The notes below the pieces were generated by a model, which was not told the origin of the DNA, ran no database searches, and saw only the letters and a list, made by a program, of their open reading frames with translations. A stretch of 54,807 nucleotides of DNA from Candidatus Aminicenantes bacterium (GTDB taxonomy: Bacteria; Acidobacteriota; Aminicenantia; Aminicenantales; Aminicenantaceae): positions 1 to 54,807 of the forward strand of contig JBKHJA010000002.1 in the NCBI GenBank assembly GCA_046538375.1, written 5' to 3'. Below are positions 39,439-48,349 of the stretch, in pieces (within the stretch, counting starts at the first letter, position 1; each line of letters begins with the position of its first letter). A program made the translations under genes and the position numbers.

Positions 39439-40835
39439 AATTCAGGACAACTCTGATTCTGCTTCTGGTTTTTATAGTGCTTCTGGCTTTGGTCTACTTC
39501 TTTGAGATCAGGGGAAAAGGTGAACAGGAGACAGAAGAAAAGCTGGTTGATCTTTCCTCTGATGAGGTCCGGAAAATTGTGTTTAAAAGGGATGATGAAT
39601 CCATCACTTTCAGAAAAGAGGAAGAAGATTGGTTGATCACTGAACCCCTGGAAGCCAAGGCAGACAAATATGAAGTCAACCAGCTTGTGGATAACTTCTG
39701 TCAACTGGGGATAGAAAGAGTGGTAGAAGAAACGGCGGCTGAAGAGGATCTTAAAAAATACGAAATTCCTCAGAAGGAAATTATCCTTCACTTTAAAGCA
39801 AAGGCACACCCGGTCAGGATAAAGGTGGGGATGGAGAATCCTTTGGATAACACGTTTTTTGCCCAAAGAGAAGGTGAACCTAGAATTGTACTCATCCCCA
39901 GCCATCTCAAAACTCATATGGAAAAAAGTGTGTTTGATTTTCGTAAAAAGGATATCTTTTCGTTCGATACAGATCAGGTGAAGAGCATCCGGGTTCGAGC
40001 CAAGGAAAGAAGCTGGCGTGCGCAGAAGAAAGAGGATGAATGGTTTCTGAAAAAGCCGCTGGAATCTCTGGCTGAGACAAGCAAAATCAACAGTATTCTG
40101 AATTCCCTCTCCAGTCTGAAAGCCAAGGAATTTATTTCAGAGAAAAAAAAGGAAGAAGAGATAAAAAAGTACGGACTGGACCGTCCTGACTATGAAATCC
40201 ATCTGATCCTTCCCGCAGCCAGCCAGGAGGCCACCTTTTTTCTGCAGGAAAAAGAAGATAAACTCTACGCCACCACTTCCCTCTCTTCTAAAATCATTGC
40301 TGCTGAGGATACCATCCTTTCTGACCTGGAAAAACAGGTCCAGGAATTGAGAGATAAAGAAGTCGCCCATTTTTACAGTTGGGAGGCAGACAAACTTCAC
40401 ATCAAAAAAGCAGAGCTGGATTGGATGCTCAAAAAAGATGATGAGGGCAACTGGCGGTTTGAATCACCGGTGAAAGAAGAGGCGGATAAAAGCAAGGTGG
40501 AGACTTTTATCCGCAAAATAGAAAGCCTGGAAGCTGATGAAATCATCGATCCTCCTTTGAAACTCAAACATTATGGACTGGACAGTCCTCAGGCTGAAGT
40601 GAAAATCTGGACTGAAGAAGATGAAGAAAAGGGCAAGGAAATCAACATCCTTGTAGGATCTGAAATCATGGAAAAAGTAAAGGAAGAAGAAGAAGAAGAA
40701 GAAGAAGAGGTCAAGCGGGTTTTCATCAAAAACGTCCGATTCGACTATATTTTCAAGGTGGAGGCCAGCTTCCTGGATGAATTTCCCCAAGGTCTCAAAG
40801 ACTGGAAAAAAGCAGAAGAAGAAAAAGAAAAATAG
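39435..40835 (+). CDS. DUF4340-like protein (fourth gene of the GldAFG-type module)
   Basis: N-terminal TM anchor, K/E-rich repeated beta-rich modules, and a position after GldG as usually seen for DUF4340. ATGA overlap. Contains a poly-Glu run. Confidence 0.6.
   Translation: MKFRTTLILLLVFIVLLALVYFFEIRGKGEQETEEKLVDLSSDEVRKIVFKRDDESITFRKEEEDWLITEPLEAKADKYEVNQLVDNFCQLGIERVVEETAAEEDLKKYEIPQKEIILHFKAKAHPVRIKVGMENPLDNTFFAQREGEPRIVLIPSHLKTHMEKSVFDFRKKDIFSFDTDQVKSIRVRAKERSWRAQKKEDEWFLKKPLESLAETSKINSILNSLSSLKAKEFISEKKKEEEIKKYGLDRPDYEIHLILPAASQEATFFLQEKEDKLYATTSLSSKIIAAEDTILSDLEKQVQELRDKEVAHFYSWEADKLHIKKAELDWMLKKDDEGNWRFESPVKEEADKSKVETFIRKIESLEADEIIDPPLKLKHYGLDSPQAEVKIWTEEDEEKGKEINILVGSEIMEKVKEEEEEEEEEVKRVFIKNVRFDYIFKVEASFLDEFPQGLKDWKKAEEEKEK
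40683..40709 (+). repeat. (GAA)8-GAG trinucleotide repeat encoding Glu9
   Basis: Direct reading of gaagaagaagaagaagaagaagaagag, in frame within the DUF4340-like gene. Confidence 0.95.
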
Positions 40836-40888
40836 AACATTCGTAGTTTTGATTGACCATTTCGAGTATTTATAATATTACTTAGAGG

Positions 40889-42244
40889 GTGGATAAAAAG
40901 AGGGAAACTCCAGAACTTCTAGAAGATTATTCACTCCAATCCGTTCCCTTAAACAGAAGAAAATCCTGGATCAACCTGGCTGTGATCTGGATAGGGATAG
41001 CGGTGGTCATGTCAGCCATTTTCCGGGGGATGATGATCGGCCTGGGCCTAGGAAAAATATCCAGCGTGATTTTCTCATATCTCCTGGGAGAAATCATCCT
41101 CATTGCTATGATGGGCTTTACCGGTTTCATCGGAGCTAAAACAGGATTTTCCACACCTCTAATCGCCAATTTCTCTTTCGGCCGCCTGGGCGCCATCCTC
41201 ATTTCCCTATCCATCGCTTTTTCCTTGATCGGGTGGTTTGGGGTTCAGGCCGCATTTTTTGCCCGCACCATCCAATTCTACTTTGGTACTCATCTTTCTC
41301 TGCCTCTCCTTTCTTTCTCCTGCGGAATTTTGATGATGATTCCAGCTATCTTCGGTATTCGAGGCTTAAGTGTTTTGAGCTGGATGGCTTCACCGTTTAT
41401 GGTTTTGATCTTTTTATGGGGAATCATAAAGATGGGTTTTCAATTCCTCCCTTCCCCGTGGTTAGTTTCACTGGCTCTCCACCATAAACCCGATCCTTAT
41501 CCTTTGACTTTAGGAGCAGCCGCTTCCATTGTAGCAGGAGGATTTATAGTCGGCGCTACCACCAGCGCTGATATCTTCCGTTATGCCAAACCCCGGCTAA
41601 AAGACATCTTCTCTGCTGCAATATTAGCCATGCTGTGCAGCGCCTTTCTCCATCTGGTGGGTTCTATCTTGGCCATGAATACAGGACTCTACCACGAGAG
41701 GCTTCCTGAACTCATCATCGGCCAGCAATACCTGGGACTGGGATTTGTGGGATTCCTGGTGCTCCTGCTGGCTCAATGGACCACTAATGACAGCAATATA
41801 TATTCCTCAGTGCTGGCATTAAACAATATTTTCAGAGTAAAACGCTGGAAAATCACCGTCATGGCCGGTATTTTTGCCTCCCTTCTCGCCGCCTTCGGTA
41901 TTCTGGAAAGACTTGAACTTTTCCTTGTTATCCTCACTGTGAGTATTGGCCCCATAGGGGGCATATTCATCTGCGATTACTATTTGCTGAAAAGGTTAAG
42001 AAAAAAGAATTTCAGACAGAAATCCTTTTCCAAAATAAGCTATAAGGCTTTAGGCGTTTACATGGTTTCTTTTCTTATCGGCTGGACTACTTCCGGCCAT
42101 CCCTTCACCATCCGAATTTTCCCTTTTTCTGTATTTGCCTTCAACGGCATAATCTCATCTATTTTTCTTTATTATCTGGTTATGAAAATTTTTCCTGACA
42201 AGGAGTCAAACCATGGCTTTAAAACAAGTGATGGAAGTTTATGA
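40889..42244 (+). CDS. NCS1-family (purine-cytosine/hydantoin-type) permease
   Basis: About 12 TM helices, 451 aa, and an N-terminal segment ...SLQSVPLNRRKSW.NLAVIWIG typical of CodB/NCS1 carriers. GTG start is uncertain. Confidence 0.7.
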   Translation: MDKKRETPELLEDYSLQSVPLNRRKSWINLAVIWIGIAVVMSAIFRGMMIGLGLGKISSVIFSYLLGEIILIAMMGFTGFIGAKTGFSTPLIANFSFGRLGAILISLSIAFSLIGWFGVQAAFFARTIQFYFGTHLSLPLLSFSCGILMMIPAIFGIRGLSVLSWMASPFMVLIFLWGIIKMGFQFLPSPWLVSLALHHKPDPYPLTLGAAASIVAGGFIVGATTSADIFRYAKPRLKDIFSAAILAMLCSAFLHLVGSILAMNTGLYHERLPELIIGQQYLGLGFVGFLVLLLAQWTTNDSNIYSSVLALNNIFRVKRWKITVMAGIFASLLAAFGILERLELFLVILTVSIGPIGGIFICDYYLLKRLRKKNFRQKSFSKISYKALGVYMVSFLIGWTTSGHPFTIRIFPFSVFAFNGIISSIFLYYLVMKIFPDKESNHGFKTSDGSL

Positions 42245-43154
42245 TCTTCTGGAAACTCCAAACATAGAAAAAGGAGAAATCCAAGATTTTTTCACCCAAA
42301 AAGGCCTTGACCGATCAGAAACACAATTTCAGAGGGTCAAAGAAGATAAGGGAGAAACCCAGTTTGTGAACATTCATATCAAAGGAAAGGAAGGATATTC
42401 GGAGGCAGGAGAAGCTCCCACCTTGGGAATAATCGGCCGTCTCGGAGGAATCGGCGCCAGACCGCATAAATCCGGACTGGTTTCAGACGCTGATGGAGCC
42501 ATAACCGCTTTATCCGCTGCCGCCAAAATTGCCGACTTGAGGAACAAGGGAGATCAACTCACAGGTGATGTGATGGTAGCTACCCATCTCTGTCCCCACT
42601 CCCCTATCATCCCCCATGAACCTGTTCCTTTCATGGACGCACCGGTAGCCCTGGACACCATGAACCAATACGAAGTGGATGAACGGATGGATGCCATTCT
42701 CTCTGTCGACACCACCAAAGGAAACAGGATCATCAATTGCCGAGGATTCGCCATCTCAGCCACAGTCAAGGATGGGTATATCCTGCGGGTGAGTGAGGAT
42801 CTTTTGGACATCATGCAAACAGTTACCGGCAAACTGCCGGTTGTCTTCCCCATCACCACTCAAGATATCACTCCCTACGGGAACCAGATCTTTCATCTCA
42901 ACAGCATCCTCCAGCCAGCCGTTGCTACTCATGCTCCTGTTGTTGGTGTGGCGATTACGACTGAAGTGGCTGTTCCAGGATGTGCTACGGGAGCCAATCA
43001 TGCATTGGATATGGAAATGGCGGTCAGATTTGTGGTGGAAGTGGCTAAAGCTTTCGGTAGAGCCCAATGCTCTTTTTATGATGAGGAAGAATTCCAAAGA
43101 CTAACCTCTCTTTATGGATCCTTAGAACATTTGAAAACTCTGAGAAAAAAATAA
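42213..43154 (+). CDS. DUF1177 domain protein
   Basis: 313-aa soluble protein whose layout I recognise as DUF1177, a family usually found next to AroM-like genes and permeases. AAGGAG SD. Overlaps the permease end by 32 nt. Confidence 0.6.
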   Translation: MALKQVMEVYDLLETPNIEKGEIQDFFTQKGLDRSETQFQRVKEDKGETQFVNIHIKGKEGYSEAGEAPTLGIIGRLGGIGARPHKSGLVSDADGAITALSAAAKIADLRNKGDQLTGDVMVATHLCPHSPIIPHEPVPFMDAPVALDTMNQYEVDERMDAILSVDTTKGNRIINCRGFAISATVKDGYILRVSEDLLDIMQTVTGKLPVVFPITTQDITPYGNQIFHLNSILQPAVATHAPVVGVAITTEVAVPGCATGANHALDMEMAVRFVVEVAKAFGRAQCSFYDEEEFQRLTSLYGSLEHLKTLRKK

Positions 43155-43223
43155 AATGTCATTGCGAATCCTTCAGGGACCACGCAATCTCATAATCCTT
43201 AAATACAAAAAAGCAATTTTCTC

Positions 43224-43892
43224 ATGGATAAAATAAAAATCGGATTCATTACTATAGGCCAATCGCCAAGAAAAGACCTTATACCTGAAATCAAGCCTTT
43301 TCTGCTTACTCATATAGAAATTGTTGAATATGGCTTGCTGAACCATATGAGGAATGAGGAAATTGAAAACATGAGCCCAGAAGCAGATGAAATCCCTTTG
43401 GTTACACGCTTAAGAAACGGAAGCCAGGTTCAATTAGGCGAGAAGAAAATAGGCGAACTTTTGCCCAAAGCCATCGACTTAATGAAGATCAACATGGATG
43501 TGAATGCTGTGGCCGCCCTCTGTACTCATGATTTTCCAAAAATAAAATCGGCCTGTCCCACCATATTTCCTTATGATTATCTTCAATTTCTTATAAATTG
43601 TATATTAGAGCCAAGAAAACTCGGAGTGGTGATTCCTTTGGAAAATCAATTTGAAATGGCCAAGAAAAAATGGGGATCAGACAGGACTATTGTCGAAGTG
43701 AAATCTCCATACGCCGAAGATAAAACATGGGAAAAAATAGCAGAAAATTTTGCTCAAAAAGAAGCAGGAGCAATCCTTCTTGACTGTATAGGATATAAAC
43801 TAAAGGACAGGCAGGCTATACAAAGATCTATCAAAATCCCCACCCTTCTGCCAAGAACAATCCTTGCCTTCGCTATCAATCAGCTCTTTTAA
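43224..43892 (+). CDS. AroM-family protein (Asp/Glu/hydantoin-racemase-like fold)
   Basis: N-terminus KIGFITIGQSPRKDL is characteristic of AroM-like proteins. Length is 222 aa. Confidence 0.65.
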   Translation: MDKIKIGFITIGQSPRKDLIPEIKPFLLTHIEIVEYGLLNHMRNEEIENMSPEADEIPLVTRLRNGSQVQLGEKKIGELLPKAIDLMKINMDVNAVAALCTHDFPKIKSACPTIFPYDYLQFLINCILEPRKLGVVIPLENQFEMAKKKWGSDRTIVEVKSPYAEDKTWEKIAENFAQKEAGAILLDCIGYKLKDRQAIQRSIKIPTLLPRTILAFAINQLF

Positions 43893-43948
43893 TATTTTAT
43901 GTATTTCACCGCTTGCAATTGTCTTAAATTATAGATGATGTCAGAATG

Positions 43949-45625
43949 CTAAGAGATTCTTTTTATGATAACCAGGGTCATGTCGTCCATTGGGTCAGTG
44001 CCTGCAGTAAAAGCATCCACTTCCTGTTGAATCTTTTCCACCAGTTTCTGGGCTGGAAGCTTGGAATGTTTTTGAATGAGCTTTATCAGTTTCTCCTCTG
44101 TGAATTCTGTGTTGTCTTTGCTCCGGCTTTCAGTTATTCCATCTGTGTACAGAAACGCCATCTCCCCTGGATTTAAGGCAATATCCTTTACTTCATAACG
44201 CGAAGAAGGAAACATGCCCAAGCACAAGCCGCAGCTCTCCAAGCGATGAATTTTCCCCTTCTTATCCAGAATAAGTGGTGGATTATGTCCGGCATTGACA
44301 AACTTCAATTCCCCTGTCTTTTTATTCAATTCTGTGTAGAAAAAAGTGATAAAACAACTGGGTGAAGAGCTGCGCTGGACAAAATCATTCAGCTTACAGG
44401 CCATCTCTTCCAATTTGTATTGAGCGTGAACTTCTGAATGAAGAGAAGCCCTTAAAGAAGCCATAAGAAGGGAAGCACTCACTCCTTTCCCGGAGACATC
44501 AGCGATAACTATCCCCAACCTGGAAGGATCTATAGCGATAAAATCATAATAATCGCCACCCACCTGATAGCATGGAACATTGGATCCGGCAATTTCATAA
44601 TTCTCAAGTTCTGGATTCTCTTTGGGAAGAAAGTCTTTTTGGATCTGGGCAGCAAGAGCCAGTTCTTTCTCCATTTTTTCCTTCTCTATGGATTCTTCAA
44701 AAAGCTTGGCATTTTCGATCTTGACTGCTGCAAGATTGGACAGAAGAGTCAACAGTCTTAAGTCATCATCTGAAAACTGTTCCAAATGAAGTATGCGGTC
44801 GGCATAGACAATGCCTATGATCTCTTTGTTGTTCCATAAAGGAACACACATGGCTGAATGGATGTTGGAGCCGACAATGCTCTGCTGCGATTTAAAACGG
44901 GTATCAGCCTGGGCATCGTGGGTGAGGATGGAGGAATGCTTATCCAGGGCCAGGTTGACTATACTCTGGCTCACCTGAATCTTCTGCTTTTTCAGGTTCT
45001 GGCTGTTTATCCTTACCACTTTAGGGATGAGCTGAGGAGGATGTCCTTCTTTGAGGATCAGAATCCCCCTGTCCATGGGAAGATTCTCACAGATGAGGTC
45101 CATGACATGGTCCAGGAGTTCGTTTAGAGGCTTGTGAAGAATAAGAGCCTTACTGACTTCACTGAGCACCGAAAATGCTTTGTGATCTGTCCTGATCCTC
45201 TCCAGATCAACTGGAGTAGGGGCAGCTTTCAGGGTAGTGTCGATATCCGGCTTTTTCAGGATTTCCTTGAGATTCATTATGGTGTTGATATTGGAAGCAG
45301 AAGAAGGAGTCTGGGTGACTTCAATGTTGGCTGCAAACTTTTTATCAAAGACCACCCTGGTGGAGCCTATAAGGACTTCATCTCCCTTTTTGAGTTCTTT
45401 TTCTGCCTGTATTCTTTTGCCGTTGAGGAAAGTTCCGTTTTTGCTTTTATTATCCCGAACCCCATATCCTTTTTCGGTGGGATAAAAAAAGGCATGATGT
45501 CCTGAAGAGAAAGGATCCGCAATGGAGATGTCGTTATCAGCGGAGCGGCCTATGGATATTTTTTTGTCCGGAAGGGTGAAGGTGAAATCCTCTCCTTCTT
45601 TCGGGTAAATGAACAGTTTAGGCAT
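43949..45625 (-). CDS. FHA - GAF - PP2C (SpoIIE/RsbU-type) serine phosphatase
   Basis: FHA region ISIGRSADNDISIADPFSSGHHAFF...NGTFLNG, a central GAF-like region, and a C-terminal PP2C region (GGDYYDF...IADVSGKGVSASL...TDGITE...DDMT). Length is 558 aa. Confidence 0.88.
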   Translation of the reverse strand: MPKLFIYPKEGEDFTFTLPDKKISIGRSADNDISIADPFSSGHHAFFYPTEKGYGVRDNKSKNGTFLNGKRIQAEKELKKGDEVLIGSTRVVFDKKFAANIEVTQTPSSASNINTIMNLKEILKKPDIDTTLKAAPTPVDLERIRTDHKAFSVLSEVSKALILHKPLNELLDHVMDLICENLPMDRGILILKEGHPPQLIPKVVRINSQNLKKQKIQVSQSIVNLALDKHSSILTHDAQADTRFKSQQSIVGSNIHSAMCVPLWNNKEIIGIVYADRILHLEQFSDDDLRLLTLLSNLAAVKIENAKLFEESIEKEKMEKELALAAQIQKDFLPKENPELENYEIAGSNVPCYQVGGDYYDFIAIDPSRLGIVIADVSGKGVSASLLMASLRASLHSEVHAQYKLEEMACKLNDFVQRSSSPSCFITFFYTELNKKTGELKFVNAGHNPPLILDKKGKIHRLESCGLCLGMFPSSRYEVKDIALNPGEMAFLYTDGITESRSKDNTEFTEEKLIKLIQKHSKLPAQKLVEKIQQEVDAFTAGTDPMDDMTLVIIKRIS

Positions 45626-45638
45626 CTTCCCTTACGCC

Positions 45639-45668
45639 ATTATAAGCGGAAGACAGGAAATATTTCAA
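45639..45668 (-). promoter_or_regulatory. sigma70-like promoter candidate for the phosphatase gene
   Basis: Minus strand reads TTGAAA-N18-TATAAT. It lies only about 14 nt before the ATG at 45625, so the leader would be very short. Confidence 0.3.
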
Positions 45669-45680
45669 CAAAATAGTAAT

Positions 45681-45803
45681 CCTTTCCATTTCCTTGATAG
45701 AGGGTGAGGGATGGGGGGTTGTCAGCACGCTAATTTTCCCCATCCCTCACCTTCTTTAATCAGTATATACTTTTATAATCATCACGGTTTTGGAGATACC
45801 CCC
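45681..45803. repeat. intergenic repeat family, copy B (most complete; contains a perfect 14-bp inverted repeat)
   Basis: The minus-strand core is CCCCCCATCCCTCACCCTCTATCAAGGAAATGGAAAGG (45720-45681). The hairpin is GGTGAGGGATGGGG-N21-CCCCATCCCTCACC (45703-45751). The distal arm is ATCACGGTTTTGGAGATACCCCC (45781-45803). Confidence 0.75.
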
Positions 45804-45856
45804 AAGAAAATAGTAAATATGCTTGTTCACGCAAGATAAAAAGCGTTGTTACAGGT

Positions 45857-48349
45857 TCAGCTTTTCTCCAAGGTTTTGTACAGCTTCCTGCATCTTCTCA
45901 CTTTATCTTCAAAAGGAAGATCATCGATAAGAGGAAGGAGAAACTCTTTTGTGTCTTTCTTTATCATGTTATCGAGAAGCTCCACAGAATAATCAATGGC
46001 CTTTTTTGTTCCCGCACAGATGTTTTGATAAGCCTTGATGATATCGTCATGAGGGTAGATAAGGCTGAGCAGTTCAAAAATCTGTTTGAGCAGTCCAGCC
46101 AAATTATTCTCTAAATGGGGAGCCAGAAGGGCTTTCTTCTTATCGCCTTTTATTTCATGCAGCTCCATCAAAACCAGATAACACTTTCTTATCTTCTGTA
46201 TGATCTCGCTTCTTATGATATTCTCTTGAAATTGAAGCTGAGGATGATTTGATCTCATTTTGTACATGGCTTCTATGATTTCAGCCTCCACCTCCTCCTG
46301 ATCTTTTCTCATTTCCATAGTTAACAAATCTGCTGCTCTCTGAGTTCCTATCCGGGATAAGATATCAGGAATGGCTTTCCGTAAACCAAGTTTTTCTTCC
46401 TGGTCTCCCAGATAATCCTTCAAGGTTCCTGCGATTTTCGTTCCGTACTTCACTAATGCCTTACTGGCTCCCCGCTGGGTGGAAGGCTTTTCCAACTGCT
46501 GGATTATGAGAGGAACAAACTCTCTTCTTTTCAGTTTTCCTGCACTCTCTACGGCATAACGGACAACATCTGGCGATTTATCCTTTAACAATTTACTGAG
46601 GTCATTTATGACCGGAGAGTTAGGATCCATCATGCCCAGAAGCTTGGCTGCTTCCATTCTTGAGACCTCATCTCCCTCCTCTTTCCTGCTGACAATTCTA
46701 TCTATATGCTCCTTCATCAACTCCTGGTAGACATCCAGAGACATGATTTCCTTGACCTGGGAATCCAGGGTTTCCTCATCCAGAGATTCATCCAGTTCCG
46801 GGATCAAGACTTCTCCATCCAACTCCAGAAGAGAATCCATGGAGCTGGCTCTGACCTCATCGGATTTTTGGGATATGATTTTTTTCAGCTCAGGGCTCAT
46901 TTTCCTGCTCTTTATCAGGTCAAACAGGTTCATGGCGTAAAGAACCGAACTCCTGTCTCTGCTGTGGAGGGTATCGAAAACCAGTTTGGCCATGTCCACA
47001 TCCATCTTTTCTCTTACAAATTTGTCAGCATCCTGCCATTTGATTCTCAATTTTTCCTTCACTATGCCCACATAATCCCTGTTGATCCTAACGATGAGAA
47101 AAATCCAGAGGGCAGTAAAAACTAGGGTGACGAAGCTCATCTGCCGGACAGAAAAATGCAAGACCGTAAAGAACAGAAGGATGAGAAGAGCACTGAAACC
47201 TTTGGCAAACTTGTTGATGAACATATCGATAAACACCTTGGCCCTGTACTTGACACCAGGAGAAACCGGAATATACAGGAGCTCTCTCACCGATTGGCTC
47301 AAAGAATGAGCCAGGCTCTTGTCTCCTCCTTTGATGACAACCGCCCAATAGATCAAGTAGGCCATGGGAACCAGAAAAATTGCCGCTGAACTTATCACTA
47401 AAAAGAAAGGAGCAATAAGAAGAGCCGTGCGCATGCCAAAATTCTTCAAAATGCGGCTGGTGGCTGAGACATGGAGAATGTAAGAAAAGACAAGCAGGGC
47501 GGTAAAAAAAGTCCCCAGAAAAGATGTCCGGGAATCTATTCCCGCGTAAATCCGTTCCACCACTGTGTTGAATTGAAAATCGACCAGGGTGGTGACCACG
47601 ATAGCAGAAGCCATGATTCCGGCCAGAGTCATCAAATAACGGTTTTTCTTCAACAAAAGAAAGCTCTCGCCATATCCAATCTTGGCCTTTCTTTTTTCTC
47701 TAGGCTTCTCTGTTTCTTCCTTTTTCTCCTCTTTCTCCTCAGGCTGAAATCTGTACACGGAATTGACGATGACCAGGCACACAAGCAGCATGACCGGACA
47801 AATCAAAAGAAGATCTTCTGTTCCCATAATCTGAGCCAGACAAGAGGCCAGCACAGAGCCAGCGATCCCTCCCAGAAGTCCTCCGCTGACAAAAAAGCCC
47901 ACCAGCCTTTTGGCCTGACGAGGATTATAGATATCATTGACTAAAATCCAGAATTGAGTGACTGATGCGGCAACAAAGATATCTGACCAGAACCAATAGA
48001 TCATGGAAATCCAGGGCCACTGACTCTTGAACAACCACCAGAAAAGGATGAGATTGGTGATAAAAAATGCAAGAGACAGGGAGATGAAAAGCTGGCGCCT
48101 CAGAGTGTGCAGCAGCTTGGAATTAAGAGTGACCACAAATCCGATCAAAAGAGCTGTCAAAAGATAAGCATAGGGAAGTCTTTCCGAGGTCAGCCATCCC
48201 AGGAAAAGAGAGACCTTAACCGGTTTTATTATGTACGCTGGACAAGTGATGAGGAAAAAATAGAAAAACATGAGCAGAGAAGGGATGGTTTCCCCGGGCC
48301 GTATATCCACCAGCCGGGATAAAACTTTATACAAAGGATTTTCATCCAT
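45857..48349 (-). CDS. TLC/Npt-like (ATP:ADP-antiporter-family-like) membrane transporter fused to a C-terminal HEAT-repeat domain
   Basis: The N-terminus VDIRPGETIPSLLMFFYFFLITCPAYIIKPVK resembles TLC-family starts and is followed by about 11-12 TM helices. The C-terminal ~400 aa consist of helical HEAT/PBS-lyase-like repeats (SPDVVRYAVESAGKL...). Length is 830 aa. Confidence 0.6.
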   Translation of the reverse strand: MDENPLYKVLSRLVDIRPGETIPSLLMFFYFFLITCPAYIIKPVKVSLFLGWLTSERLPYAYLLTALLIGFVVTLNSKLLHTLRRQLFISLSLAFFITNLILFWWLFKSQWPWISMIYWFWSDIFVAASVTQFWILVNDIYNPRQAKRLVGFFVSGGLLGGIAGSVLASCLAQIMGTEDLLLICPVMLLVCLVIVNSVYRFQPEEKEEKKEETEKPREKRKAKIGYGESFLLLKKNRYLMTLAGIMASAIVVTTLVDFQFNTVVERIYAGIDSRTSFLGTFFTALLVFSYILHVSATSRILKNFGMRTALLIAPFFLVISSAAIFLVPMAYLIYWAVVIKGGDKSLAHSLSQSVRELLYIPVSPGVKYRAKVFIDMFINKFAKGFSALLILLFFTVLHFSVRQMSFVTLVFTALWIFLIVRINRDYVGIVKEKLRIKWQDADKFVREKMDVDMAKLVFDTLHSRDRSSVLYAMNLFDLIKSRKMSPELKKIISQKSDEVRASSMDSLLELDGEVLIPELDESLDEETLDSQVKEIMSLDVYQELMKEHIDRIVSRKEEGDEVSRMEAAKLLGMMDPNSPVINDLSKLLKDKSPDVVRYAVESAGKLKRREFVPLIIQQLEKPSTQRGASKALVKYGTKIAGTLKDYLGDQEEKLGLRKAIPDILSRIGTQRAADLLTMEMRKDQEEVEAEIIEAMYKMRSNHPQLQFQENIIRSEIIQKIRKCYLVLMELHEIKGDKKKALLAPHLENNLAGLLKQIFELLSLIYPHDDIIKAYQNICAGTKKAIDYSVELLDNMIKKDTKEFLLPLIDDLPFEDKVRRCRKLYKTLEKS

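Noticed and set aside
43155-43223. Hairpin ATTGCG-N16-CGCAAT after the DUF1177 gene as a terminator
   Set aside because: It has a 6-bp stem, a large loop and no U-tract, so it is not convincing.
45701-45718. G-quadruplex potential of AGGGTGAGGGATGGGGGG within the repeat
   Set aside because: It has only three clean G3 tracts unless the G6 run is split with a zero-length loop. The perfect complementary arm 20 nt away makes a duplex hairpin the more likely structure.
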